The notes under the pieces are model-generated. The model did not search any database. It saw only the letters and a list, made by a program, of their open reading frames with translations, and was not told the origin of the DNA. The position numbers were made by a program, and so were the translations under genes. Positions 23,737 to 35,786 of a DNA stretch of 64,000 bases are shown here, one piece after another. Every line of letters starts with the position of its first letter. Positions within the stretch are counted from its first letter, which is position 1. Origin of the DNA: Felis catus (Eukaryota); contig NC_058368.1 of the NCBI RefSeq assembly GCF_018350175.1, forward strand, positions 135,658,001-135,722,000, written 5' to 3'.

Positions 23737-25191
23737 GATTTTATTTATTTTTGAAGGAGAGAAAGAGAGCGACAGCATGAGCAGGAGGGGCATGGTGCAG
23801 AGAGAGAGGGAGGCAGAGGATCCAACTCGGGCTCTGTGCTGACAGCAGACAGCCCAATGTGGGGCTCGAACTCACAAACGATGACCTGAGCTGAAGTTGG
23901 TTGCTTAACTGACTGAGCCACCTAGGCACCCCAGTTTTGTGGACATATTTTTAATTTACCATCAATGCCAACCACCTATATCTGAGGAATAAGAAAAGTG
24001 ATGGAAGTTTTGTGCACCCTCTTCAGCATTATACTTTTTATAGTCCTGCCAATATTTTGTTTGTATTGCAGCCCTAAGAAGCAATGGAGATTTTTAGCCA
24101 GAAAATCTGAAAATTTGAAGGAAGGTTTTGAAAGTTTATTTTTGCTCAGTGTTTACTGTAAAACAGGAACAGGGTTAATGTCATTTAATCCAGTAACCCA
24201 ATGAGATAGGAATTATATGCCTCATTTTTCATTGGCAGAAATGAGTTTGTGTGTGTTAAACTATTTGCGAAGGAATATAAAATAAAAACTTTGGCAGTCA
24301 AGGTTCTCTATGATCTTGTCCTATGTGTCTGGTCTTAGAGGCCTTACCTGTTCTAAAAATCTTGTGATAAAAGATCCCCTACCATTAGCACCATAAAAGT
24401 GCTGGATGCATTTGAGCACTTCCCCTTTTTGGGTGTCTTAGTTCAGACTGGTAATGCATTCTCCCATATTCCCTTTAACTCCAGGATTCCATAAATCCTA
24501 AAATCTGAATTTAGGCCCTCCTTGAAAGGAGAGCTTTAAACATTCTTGAGTTAAAGAGGTACAGGACATATTGACACCCAAAGAGGACAGAAAGACCAAG
24601 TAGGCTGTGATAGTGCCTTTAGCATGTTTTGAAGTTTACAAACCAGTATAGCTATAATTAGTAGAAAATGAGCTTAGCTTTCCCAGGTCTCTGCAGAGAT
24701 TCCCATTTTCAGCCTGCTTAACAAACTCCTTCTGCAGTGTTCTCAAATGCCTGGCTGTTTATCAGAACAATTAGTATTATCACAGAGATCACATTCCTGG
24801 TCCCATTCCAAACCTTTTGACTCAGTCTCTGAAGATAAATGAGGGTGGTGGGGATGATCTGGTGATCCACAAAGGACTGTGGCACTTTGAAGTATAAGAA
24901 CCATTGTTCTTACCGAGTCTTACATTACACCCTTTGGCTCCAGCCATACCAAACTAGTTGATCTAGGTAATTATTTCATGTCCTTTAAGATTCCAGGGTT
25001 TCCCTTGTTGTACTCTGTGCTTAACTCTCAGCAGTTCATATTTATTGCTGGTTGTAGTGGCACTGTGCTATAGTTGTGGATTTATTTATCTCTTTCAACA
25101 GATTTTTTTCCTCTCCGTGTTTTATTCTACTTTACATTCCTGGTGCCTAACACAGGTTTTTGTTGAAGACATGAGGGTAAAAACACAGCTT

Positions 25192-25480
25192 ATTCAGTGA
25201 AATTATTCTTGTTGATGCTATAATGATAGATACATGTCTTTGTACATTTGTCAAATCCATAGAATGTATAGTACCAAGAGTGAACCATAATGTAAACTGT
25301 GCTTTGGATGATAATGATGTGTTAAATGTAGATTCATTTGTGATGAACAGATCTTTCTTTATCCTGGGGGATGTTGATTGTCAAGGAGGCTGTGCTTGTG
25401 TCATTGCAGGGGCAAATGGGTCCCTTCCTTCAGTTTTGCTATCAGCCTAAAACTGCTCTAAAAAATAAAATGTATTAAAA
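25192..25480 (+). mobile_element. L1MC1-like 3' end, sense orientation
   Basis: catttgtcaaatccatagaatgtatagtaccaagagtgaacc ... cctaaaactgctctaaaaaataaa. Confidence 0.75.
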
Positions 25481-26173
25481 AATAATAATAATAAAAAATA
25501 AAAAAAATAAAAAAATAAAATGTATTTATTTTAAAGCAGCTTATTAGCAAGTTATTAGGGCTTTTTCTCCAAAATAGATTTTTAGAAACATTCATACATG
25601 CTTAAATTTAATATTTTTTTGTCTGTGATTACAGATTTTTTTAGGGAAATGCATCTCTAATTTTATTGTTTTTATTATTTTTTTTGCACCTGTAATTTTT
25701 TTTAGTTTATTTATTTTGAGAGAGAGTGAGGAGTGGGGGTTGCTGCGGGGGGCGGGGGGGTGGGGACGGCTAGGGAGGCCCTGGGAGGAGGAGGGACAGA
25801 GGGGTAGAGAGAGAGAGGGAGGAAGGGAGGGAGGGAGGGAGGGAGGGAGAAAATCCCAAGCAGGCTCCAAACCCAGCATGGAACCCGACATGGGGTTCAA
25901 ACCCATGAACTACGGGATCATGACCAGAGCCAAAATCAAGAGTTGGACACCTGACCCAACTGAGCCACCCAGGCGCCCCTGCATCTTTAATTTTAAATAC
26001 AAATTTAGTTTACATCAAACTTTTCCAGGTTTATTTTGTTAAATGATGACTTTCTATTAAAGTATACAGTAAATTTCATGAAAGGAAATAGATAGTAATC
26101 AATGTGTGTTCATTAATGAGATTTTTTTATTTTTAATTAAGGTTAACAAGTCATATTTTTTATTCCTTTTCAG

Positions 26174-26237
26174 TGTGCTTATGGATAACATGAAACACAT
26201 ATTAAAGCTAAACAAATTAATCATGAAGTCACAGCAG
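26174..26237 (+). CDS. CENPH: Centromere protein H, exon 6
   Basis: ttttcag|T...CAG|gtaact. Translates to VLMDNMKHILKLNKLIMKSQQ. Confidence 0.96.
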
Positions 26238-26583
26238 GTAACTGCACTTTGGGCTCTTTACACATTCTCATGATTTCAGTAACTTGATGCTGGCAACTGT
26301 ATTGTGTATCGTTATATAGGATTTCCCAGAGGTTACTGGTATGATTGGAATTCACAGTCCTTAAGTTTCCTCTTTTTCATAACTCAGTTATTTCTGACAT
26401 TGTGGCTAATTATCTACTTGTAATTTAAGCTACTGTCCTTTGTCTCTTTTTTGTATGGAAATAAAGGGATCGAGAGCTAGATAGAGGTTTGGAAAAGGAG
26501 AACTAATAGATAAAATTCAATGATGTTAAGTGTTACAGGTTTGTTCTTAGGTAATGTGCCTTAATCTTTATTTCTAATAACAG

Positions 26584-26635
26584 GAATCTTGGGATTTGGA
26601 GGAAAAACTGCTTGATGTTAGAAAGAAGAGATTAC
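26584..26635 (+). CDS. CENPH: Centromere protein H, exon 7
   Basis: aacag|GAA...C|gtatgt. Translates to ESWDLEEKLLDVRKKRL(Q). Confidence 0.96.
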
Positions 26636-27157
26636 GTATGTAGAACAGTTTGTTTTGGCTTTTGTTTTGTTTTCTTGTAGAAAACATTTTCACTTACTAT
26701 GGAGATTGATAAGGCCAGTTATCTTAGCCATTGAGAAATTTCTTAGCTTTCAAATTTTCTCATAATTTTACACATGGCATTTTTTAAAAAAATTTTTAGT
26801 TTACTTTTGAGAAAGAGAGAGCGCGTGCAGGTCCAGGAGAGAGGGGCAGAAAAGAGATGGAGTCAGAGAATCCAAAGCAGGCTCCAGGCTCTGATCTGTC
26901 CATGCGGAACTCGACATGGGGCTCGAACTCAGGAACCTCGAGACCATGACCTGCCCTGAAGTTGGATGCTCAACCAATTGAGCCACTCGGGTGCCCCTAC
27001 ACATGGCATTTTTAAAAGTAGTAGTCAGGGGCATCTGGGTGGCTCAGTTGGTTAAGCATCTGACTCTTGGTCATGATCTCAGGTCATGATCTCACAGTTT
27101 CATGAGTTCAAGCCCTGTCTTGGGCTCTGTACTGACAGTACAGAGCCTGCTTGGGAT

Positions 27158-27189
<32 letters not shown>

Positions 27190-28414
27190 TCTCTCTCTCT
27201 CTCTCCCTACTTTACACCGTATCTCTCAAAATAAATAAATTGAAATAAACTTAAAAAATAAATAAATAAAAGTAGTATTAAAGTGTATTTAGCTTGATTT
27301 TTTTTTTTTTTTTTAGACCATTAAATCACAAACTTAATACATTCTCAGGGAGAAAAAAATGATACGGAAAAGTATAGTGTGAAATTCATAACCTCCTTCC
27401 TATGTGACCACAGTTAAGCATGTATCATTCCAGCATTTTTCCCTGCTCATATAAACATATTAATATGTACATAATTTTTTAATATACATATACATTATTT
27501 TAAATGATCGGTTGATACATATGATTCTACAGCTTTTTAACTTAATGAACATGAATGAGATGGCTTTTTGTATGAAAGTTATTGAAATGTTTATTTCAAA
27601 AGTAATACACATTTTCAGAATTTAGAAACAGAAAAGTATACTTAGGAAAAGTAAACTGTCAAGAGATAATCATCTTCAGTGCTTATTTCTTATCAAAGTT
27701 GGCCTCATTTTATTCTATGTTGTAAACTGCCTTTTTCACTTAATAGTATAGGCATAATTTATTTTTAAATATCACACAAATTTGCCTGTTTGTAAGTAAT
27801 CTCAGGGTCAGAAGTAGTCTTGGTCATCTGATCTAATCATCCTTTGGATGTTTAATGTTTTTTCCATTGATCCCAACCTACTTTTGATCCATTAATGTCA
27901 AGGAACCAAGCTCCTGGGACACACCCATTTATGTTTTCAAATCATTTAATTCTTAGAACATTTCAGGAACTACACTAAAAGGTTGCTGATATTTTTATCT
28001 CTGGAGGAGAGAATCTTTTCGGTGAAAATTTATCTTGTTGATATGTCATTTATGTAAATAAAGGAGGAAAAAATATTTCCTTATGTATATCTCTGTCTAT
28101 TCTTTTGGCAGCCCAGTATAAGTCCACTTAACATGATGCCCCTTCAAATATATGTAGACAGCCATCGTTGTCATACATACATACTGTGAACGTTTCGTGG
28201 AGGACATTGCTAAGTGTAAAATTAAAATATTGGTATTTTGCACCACAAAAGTCATTTTCAGATCAAAATGGAACTTTGCACCCCAAAATGATGCTTATTA
28301 CATATTTTCTTTTAACTGAAATAGACAGGAACTGTTCTGCTTCACAGTTTTTCAGGATTCTTGTTTGTAGTTGTTATATGTAGTGTTTTTTTGTTTTTAT
28401 TTTTAACCTAATAG

Positions 28415-28578
28415 AATTAAAACAAGCTTCAGAAAGTAAGCTTTTAGAAATACAGACTGAAAAGAACAAACAGAAAGATGATTTGGCCATTATGGAAAAT
28501 TCAGACAAGATAAAGACCGTACAACAAAACCTACAGACGGAGATACAAGTTACTACAGTGATTCAACATGTGTTCCAG
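28415..28578 (+). CDS. CENPH: Centromere protein H, exon 8
   Basis: aatag|AA...CAG|gtaaca. Translates to LKQASESKLLEIQTEKNKQKDDLAIMENSDKIKTVQQNLQTEIQVTTVIQHVFQ. Confidence 0.96.
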
Positions 28579-28819
28579 GTAACATTTATATAAATTAGGA
28601 AAGGAGGTAAAGAACTTTTTAAAAATGATTGTTTCTCTTATTTTCAGATTTGCTTTCAGTTAGTCTCTGACCCTGAGAAAATCATGAATTTAATACTATA
28701 TACTAGTCTGCTTACATATATTTGGAATTTATGTGTATTTAATATTTAAGGCTTTGATTTTTTTATTATGTTTAATCTTAGGCACTTATAAGTGGAATGA
28801 TTTTAGCAGCTCCATGAAG

Positions 28820-29088
28820 GCAGAATGGTATAATGGTGGAGACCATTAGACTTGAACTAGGGAGAATGGGGAAAACATGGAAGGGGGTGATGGGAATCTA
28901 GAATTACAATACTGACTGCAGCTTAATAGTTCTGGACCTTGAACAAATAATTTAAGGTTTTTTAAACATCAGTTTCCCTGTTTAGAAAGAGAGGTTGTGA
29001 AAACTCAAGAAGATAATTCATGTTAATCTGTTTAGTATAATGTCTGGCCAAACTAAATTCTCAGTAAGTGTTGGTAGTTATTATCATG
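28820..29088 (+). mobile_element. MIR relic
   Basis: gaccttgaacaaataatttaa, catcagtttccctg and tcagtaagtgttggtagttattatc resemble the MIR consensus. Confidence 0.6.
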
Positions 29089-30109
29089 TCACCTATTAAA
29101 AACTTTTTTCACCTCTTAAATTTTATGTGTTCCTTTATTAACTGCCTATTATGTGTCAAAGCAAATGCTTATTATGTGTAAAGCATATCCTTGTAGAATA
29201 TGAGTTCTTGTATCTGAGCATAAGAAATTTGTCCTCAGGTCTTAAACCTACGTTTTAGTAACAGTGGGTTACTTGATTAGGAGTTAAGGAAGTCCCCTAG
29301 GCTATCCTCAAGTGGAGGATTGCATTATAAGGACAGGATTATTTTAATTTTTTGGGGTACATGTTCCTTCCTACTACATTGAGTCTTCTGTTATTTTGCT
29401 TTTCTTAAGTTTTATTCATATACTCTTAATTAAGTCTTATTTAATGAAATCATTGCTTTGTTAAGCAGAACATAGTTGTGGCTACCTTAGGAGCTCCTGC
29501 CTTTAATGGGTTTACTTCTATTTGAATGCTTACTTCCACTTGCCTTTGTAATTTAATTGGATTTATAAACACTAGCCCAAGAGCAAGAAAATACTATAGA
29601 TACACCAAATTTTATAATTTTGTACAAAACAATATAACATTTATATTCTAAAATCTGTTTTAACAGGATTTCAATTAGTAACTTGCTATCATTGAGCCAT
29701 AGTTTTAAAATAATAAATAGGGCATAACAGTTTATGCTTAAGCTATTTTTCACCATAGAAGTGCAAAATGACTCTGAATCAGAGCTGCAGTCTTTTTCCT
29801 TTAATCTAGAATACCATTGTAAAACTCCTTAGCAGGTAAAAACTATCCACAAAACTGATGAAGCAGAAGAAATTGTTATAAACATTGTAAATATTCCTTA
29901 GCATTATGGGGATCAAGGCCAAAGTCTTACTTAAAGTGGAAATTAATATACAAGAATGTATTTTTTTCATAGAGTAAATGCTGACACCTAGTTTGGTAAA
30001 TATTTCAAAACATCATTGAAAGCAGATTTTTAAAAAGCTTGTTAAATTTTCAAAAGTACTTAAAAATTTAATGTAAAAATTTTCTTCTATTTTTTTTTTT
30101 TAATTACAG

Positions 30110-30205
30110 AACCTCATTTTAGGAAGTAAAGCCAACTGGGCAGAGGATTCTGCCTTTAAGGAAATTGTTCTACAGCTTGAGAAGAATCTCACCATGATCA
30201 AATAA
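30110..30205 (+). CDS. CENPH: Centromere protein H, exon 9 with stop codon
   Basis: ttacag|AAC. Translates to NLILGSKANWAEDSAFKEIVLQLEKNLTMIK*. The nine exons total 741 nt (246 aa plus stop). Confidence 0.96.
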   Translation, partial: NLILGSKANWAEDSAFKEIVLQLEKNLTMIK

Positions 30206-30362
30206 GAATTTCTGTTTTATTATTTTTTGTTTCTATCTTTCATATATCATTTAAATAGCATATTTCCAGTAATTTTTTTTAGTGGTTTTGGAACTATTCT
30301 AATACTGCAAATTTTTTGTAACTTAACACTATAATACGGAATCTATTGTTTTAAATATGATA

Positions 30363-30368
30363 ATTAAA
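30363..30368 (+). terminator. Candidate CENPH polyadenylation signal (ATTAAA)
   Basis: First common variant hexamer after the stop codon. Confidence 0.4.
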
Positions 30369-30505
30369 GTGACTGGCATACTCCAAAAGAATCTGAAGAT
30401 TTTAGTCTTGCAAAGTTCCCTCCCAAAAGACATCTAATCTGGCTTTCCACTGAATGTAGACATTTTTTTACAACATTCCTGGCAATCCCAACTGTCATTT
30501 GGAAT

Positions 30506-30512
30506 TTCTTTT

Positions 30513-30575
<63 letters not shown>

Positions 30576-30789
30576 GTATGTCTTTCTTTCTTTCTGTATG
30601 TCTTTCTTTCTTTATGTCTTTCTTTCTTTCTGTAGTTTCAAGTTTTTATTTAAATTCTAGTTAACACAGTGTAATAATAATTTCAGGAGTAAAATTTAGT
30701 GATTTATCATTTACATACAACATCCAATGTTCATCACAAGTGTCCACGTTAATACTCATCACCCATTTAGCCCATCCTCCCGCCCACCA
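30506..30789 (-). mobile_element. Short L1 3' end whose tail has become a (TTTC)n microsatellite
   Basis: TSD tcatttggaat at 30495-30505 and 30790-30800. Confidence 0.85.
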
Positions 30790-31981
30790 TCATTTGGAAT
30801 ACTTCTGTGCATCTGTCAGTCAACTAAAATATTAGAAATATTAGAAAATGATATCCACTTCTTGGGTTTTTTTCCAACTCTAAGTTGTATTTTATTCAGA
30901 TAAATCCCATTTTATATTTATCTCCCCACAGATTCTTTTTTCTCTCTTTTTTTTATACACAGATAAAATTGACAAAACATTGTGTAAGTTGAAGGTGTAC
31001 AGGGGGCTGATTTGACCACCATGGCATTAGCTAACATCTTCATCGTGTTACATAATTATTTCTTTTTTCTGTGGTGAGAACATTTAAGATCTAGTCTCTT
31101 AGCAACTTTGAAGTATATAATAGAGTATTGTTAATTGTAACCACTATAACCACCCACTAATGCTGTGCGTCAGATTTCCAAAAACTTACCCATCTTCTAA
31201 CTGCATGTTTGTGCCCTGTGACCAACATCTCCCCAAGTCCCCGACACCCCATCAACATCTTTAAATAGAGATACAAATAAAGCACCTCAACCTTGACAAA
31301 TAAAACAAAAAAATATCCAGAGTGTAACTGTTGTGGTTGTTGTAGAGTAATTGTGACTTTTTATAAAAACAAAACAAAACAAAAAAAAAAAAAACGTTCA
31401 TTTATTTATTTTGAGAGAGAAGCAAGCAGGGGAGGGGCAGAGAAAGAGAGGGAGAGAGAGAATCCTAAGCAGGCTCCTCGGTATCAGCATGGAGCCTAAC
31501 ATGGGACTTGATTCTACAAATGGTGAGATCATGACGTAAGCCAAAATCAGATGCTCAAACTACTGAGCCACCTGGGAGCCCCAAGTGTGACTCTTTGTTT
31601 TGTTTTGTTTTGTTTTGTTTTGTTTTAATGTTTATTTATGAGAGAGAGAATGAGTGGGGGTGGGGCAGAGAGAGAGAGAGACAGACACAGAATCTGAAGA
31701 AGGTTCCAGGCTCTGAGCTGTCAGCACAGATTCCAATGTGGGGCTCGAATTCACGAGCCATGAGATCATGACCTAGGTCAAAGTTGAACGCTCAACCGAC
31801 AGAGCCACCCAGGCATCCCCCAATTGTGACTTTTTAAATTTTGTATTTCTATATCATGCATTACTTTTATAAGTTAAATAATAAAAAGAGCAAATGTTAC
31901 TTTGTATTATTAAAAAATAAAACTTGCTGGGGCACCTGGCTGGCTCTTAGTAGAGCATGCAGCTCTTGGTCTTGGGGTCAT

Positions 31982-32222
31982 GAGTTAAAGCCCCACATTA
32001 GTTGTAAAGATTACTAAAAAACATGTAAATAAACTTCTAAAAAATAGAACTTGGCCTCTTGTATAGCATCTCATTCCTTTTGTTTTTTTTTTTTTGAAAG
32101 AGTTAAAGCCCCACATTAGTTGTAAAGATTACTAAAAAACATGTAAATAAACTAAAAAATAGAACTTGGCCTCTTGTATAGCATCTCATTCCTTTTGTTT
32201 GTTTTTTTTTTTTTGAAAGAGT
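31982..32222. repeat. 118-bp tandem duplication
   Basis: gagttaaagccccacattag...ttttgaaa occurs starting at 31982 and again at 32100. Confidence 0.95.
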
Positions 32223-32794
32223 GGGGGGAGGGGCAGAGAGAAAGAGAATCCAAGCAGGCTCTGCAATGTCAGCATGGAGCCTGATGCAGGGCTGGAACTC
32301 ACAAACCACAAGATCATGGCCCAAGCTGAAATCAAGAATCAGACTCTCAAGCCACTGAGCTACCCAGGTGACCCCCATTCCATTTTTTGAAAACTCTAAT
32401 TGAGGGGCACCTGGGTGGCTTAGTTGGCTAAGTGACGATTTTGGCTCAAGTTATATTTTTCTTATGGAAAAGCATTATTCTGGAAAATGCCTTCCTGAAA
32501 CAAAGACTTATCATCATCTGAAAAACTTTCTGTATTTTCCTGGGATTTTATTATCCTGTGTGTTCCCTTCCAAAGTCCAACTCTGAGAGAGAAATTTCAT
32601 TAGTTTTTCCTGAAGTGCTGAATTGTAACAAACATTGATAACGCTCTTAGGTCCATAGTTTGATCGCTAGATGACATGAGGAGCATTCACTATATGAAAC
32701 ATTCCATGGTTTATGTGATCAAGCAAAATTGCAGAAGCACATTTAAAGTTTCTACTTAGAAGTGTACGGTATTTCCACCAAGGCTCTCTTCACC

Positions 32795-33395
32795 ATGCCA
32801 GACATCACTGAGACAGGAAAGTATACTCCCACAGCAAGGGAGTGCTAGGTTTCAGAGCTGGGGGTAGAAAATGGGTATCTGCTGGAAAGAGTACAGTCTA
32901 CCACAGTCTGCCATCTTGGTCTTAAATATTAACTTTCCTTGTGCATGTAAAAGGCACAACATTGCCCAAGGAAATAAAGTTAATAGTGTCATCCAGTCAT
33001 AACAGTTTCCAAGTTCAGGATCTCTTGATAGTCTTTCCCATCAGGTCCAGATGTGACTTTTCATGATCTGGAGATCTATAAACTGAAAAGACAAATTCTT
33101 TTGTTTCGCACAGTCAGCAAACAATAGTGGACAAGGTTGGCGATTCTGAAATCCTGCTTGGCAAATGATAGGAGGTGCTCCTTCCTAAGGAGAGGGAACA
33201 TGTTTTGATAAGGCTTTTGTGCTGCTCACTGGAAGAAGTTCCTTTCTTGACTCTGCCCTTTGCTGTGTTCTCCCTTTGCAATACTAACATTGGCCATATC
33301 TGAAGAGGACATTAGAGAGTGTCCTGAACAGCTTTCTCAGTTGGGGATTCAAATATTTTACTTTTACATCTGTCAGTCTTTAAATTTGGACCAGT
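32795..33395. mobile_element. MaLR MLT1-type LTR end plus internal fragment
   Basis: ctaccacagtc junction and tcaggtccagatgtgac...ctataaactgaaaagacaa resemble MLT1 internal sequence. Confidence 0.5.
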
Positions 33396-33679
33396 GGTTT
33401 GGTTTTTTTTTTTTTTTTTTTAAGTTTGTTTATTTTGAGAGAGAGAGCAAGTTGGGTAGGAGCAGAGAGAGGGAGAGACAGAGAGTCCCAAGGAGGCTCT
33501 GCACTGTCTGAGCAGAGCCCAATGGGGGCTCGTACTCACAAAGTGTTAGATCATGACCTGAACCGAAGTCAGACTCTTAACCGACTGAGCCACCCAGGTA
33601 CCCAGTGCTTTTGTTAATGTAGATTTTAAATGTGGTTGGTGGTGGTCATAGTTGTTTTGGTTGGTTGGTTGATCTGTGT

Positions 33680-33888
33680 TAAAGATCAGCAAACTGTGGC
33701 TTACCAGCTGCCTGTTTTTGTAAATAAAGTTTTATTGGAACAAAGCTATGCCCATAGATTTACATATTATCTCTGGTTGTTTTCCCTCTACACTGGCTTA
33801 ATAATTGAACTGAGTAGCTGCAAGAGATTATATGTCTGGCGCCCTATTTTTCTTACAGTCGACTGACTTAAAGAAACCTGTTGACCTA
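33680..33888. mobile_element. MER58A-like hAT MITE
   Basis: cagcaaactgtggc...gctgcctgtttttgtaaataaagttttattggaac. Confidence 0.7.
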
Positions 33889-34593
33889 CAGACCATTTTC
33901 TATTATGATTTGTCTGATTGCTTCCGAGTAGTTTATGTAGCTTGTTTGACCTCTGTATTCCTTTAAACTAAAACTTAGATCTGCTTTACTAAATGTAGTT
34001 TCAATTTTTTTTGTAGTTTCAAACTTTTTAAAAAAAAATTTTAATGTTTTTATTTATTTTTGAGACAGAGACAGAGCATGAGCAGGGGAGGGGCAGAGAG
34101 AGAGGAAGACACAGAATCTGAAGCAGGCTCCAGGCTCTGAGCTGTCAGCACAGAGCCCAACGCGGGGCTCAAACTCACAGACCATGAGATCATGACCTGA
34201 GCTGAAGTTGGATGCTTAACCAACTGAGCCACCCAGGCGTCTCTCAAACTTTTTTATCAAGAAAAATTACAGTTGTGACTAGGTACTTCATATTGCATTA
34301 CATCAGAAGGCTGTTATTCATGGTTTTGCCTAAGAGATCTACAGCCAATATCAGGAACAGGGTATACCGTACAAGAAAGGAGTCAAAGGCCCAGAGATAG
34401 TAACGTTAAGAACATACATAATACAAGGGAGACCTGTATGGTTCAGTCAGTTGAGCATCCAACTCTTGATATCAGCTGAGGTAGTGATCTTGCAGTCATG
34501 AGGTTGAGCCCTGTGTTGGCTCCACGTGCAGGCCATGGGGCCTGCTTGGGATTCTCTGTCTCCCTCTGTCTCTCTGCTCCTCCCCTGCTCACA

Positions 34594-34624
<31 letters not shown>

Positions 34625-35566
34625 AAGATAAATAAACATAAAAAAAAAAAAAAGGAAGAAGAATACATAATACAAGAAGTAGAATCAGTTGGTGTGTTCC
34701 GAGTCCATGAAAATAGTCAAATAATAGAATTGAGGGTGTAGACAAAAATCAGAGAGTCTGAATGGGGTAAGTAATCAAATGATCTGATTACAGATCTGAT
34801 GGTGGCTGATAGAAACCGAGTGGCAGTAGGAAGAGAAGACAGGATTTGGGGGTTAAGTCAATTTGCTCCCTTCACTTTAACTACTTTTATCATCTTCATC
34901 CTAGAATTAATCCAGAAGGGAGCTGGATGAGAATTCTGTGAAGGAGTATGAATGTCAACACTTAGAAATGAATCCACAGTAGGGGGCGCCTGGGTGGCTC
35001 AGTCAGTTAAGTGTTCAACTTCAGCTCAGGTCAGGATCTCGTGTTTCCTGGGGTTCAAGCCCCACCTCCTGCTTTGAATTCTATGTCTCTCTCTCTCTGC
35101 CCCTCCCCCGCTTGCACTCTGTCTCTCTCCCAAAAATCAACAAACATTAAAAAAATAATATAAATAAATGAGCCCACATTAGAGAAAAGTCATTATTTTC
35201 CTGACTCCCCCAAACAAAATTCATACCAATGTGACCATTAATTTGCACTGCAGTTGACATTTTCTGAATTTGTCACCAAGTATTCCCAGGAAACTGTTGT
35301 GTATGTGAGGAGTTGGAAAGTTTTTTTTTTTTTTAATGTTTATTTCTGAGAGAGTGCACAAGTGGGGGAGGAGTAGAGAGGGAGGGAGACATAGAATCCA
35401 AAGGAGACTCCAGATTCGGAGCTGTTAGTGCAGAGCCTGACGCAGGGCTTGAACCCCTAAGCCATGAGATCACAATCTCGGCCAAAGTTGGATGCCCAAC
35501 CAACTGAGCTACCCAGGTGCCCTGGAAAGTTTATTTTTAAAACTTTTTTTTAAATAAAAATTTTTA

Positions 35567-35786
35567 GGGGCGCCTGGGTGGCGCAGTCGGTTAAGCGTTC
35601 CACTTCAGCCAGGTCACGATCTCGCGGTCCGTGAGTTCGAGCCCCGCGTCGGGCTCTGGGCTGATGGCTCAGAGCCTGGAGCCTGTTTCCGATTCTGTGT
35701 CTCCCTCTCTCTCTGCCCCTCCCCCGTTCATGCTCTGTCTCTCTCTGTCCCAAAAATAAATAAACGTTGAAAAAAAAATTTTAATT
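35567..35786 (+). mobile_element. Young SINEC_Fc-type CanSINE
   Basis: CpG-intact copy with TSD taaataaaaattttta (35551-35566 and 35787-35802). Confidence 0.93.
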
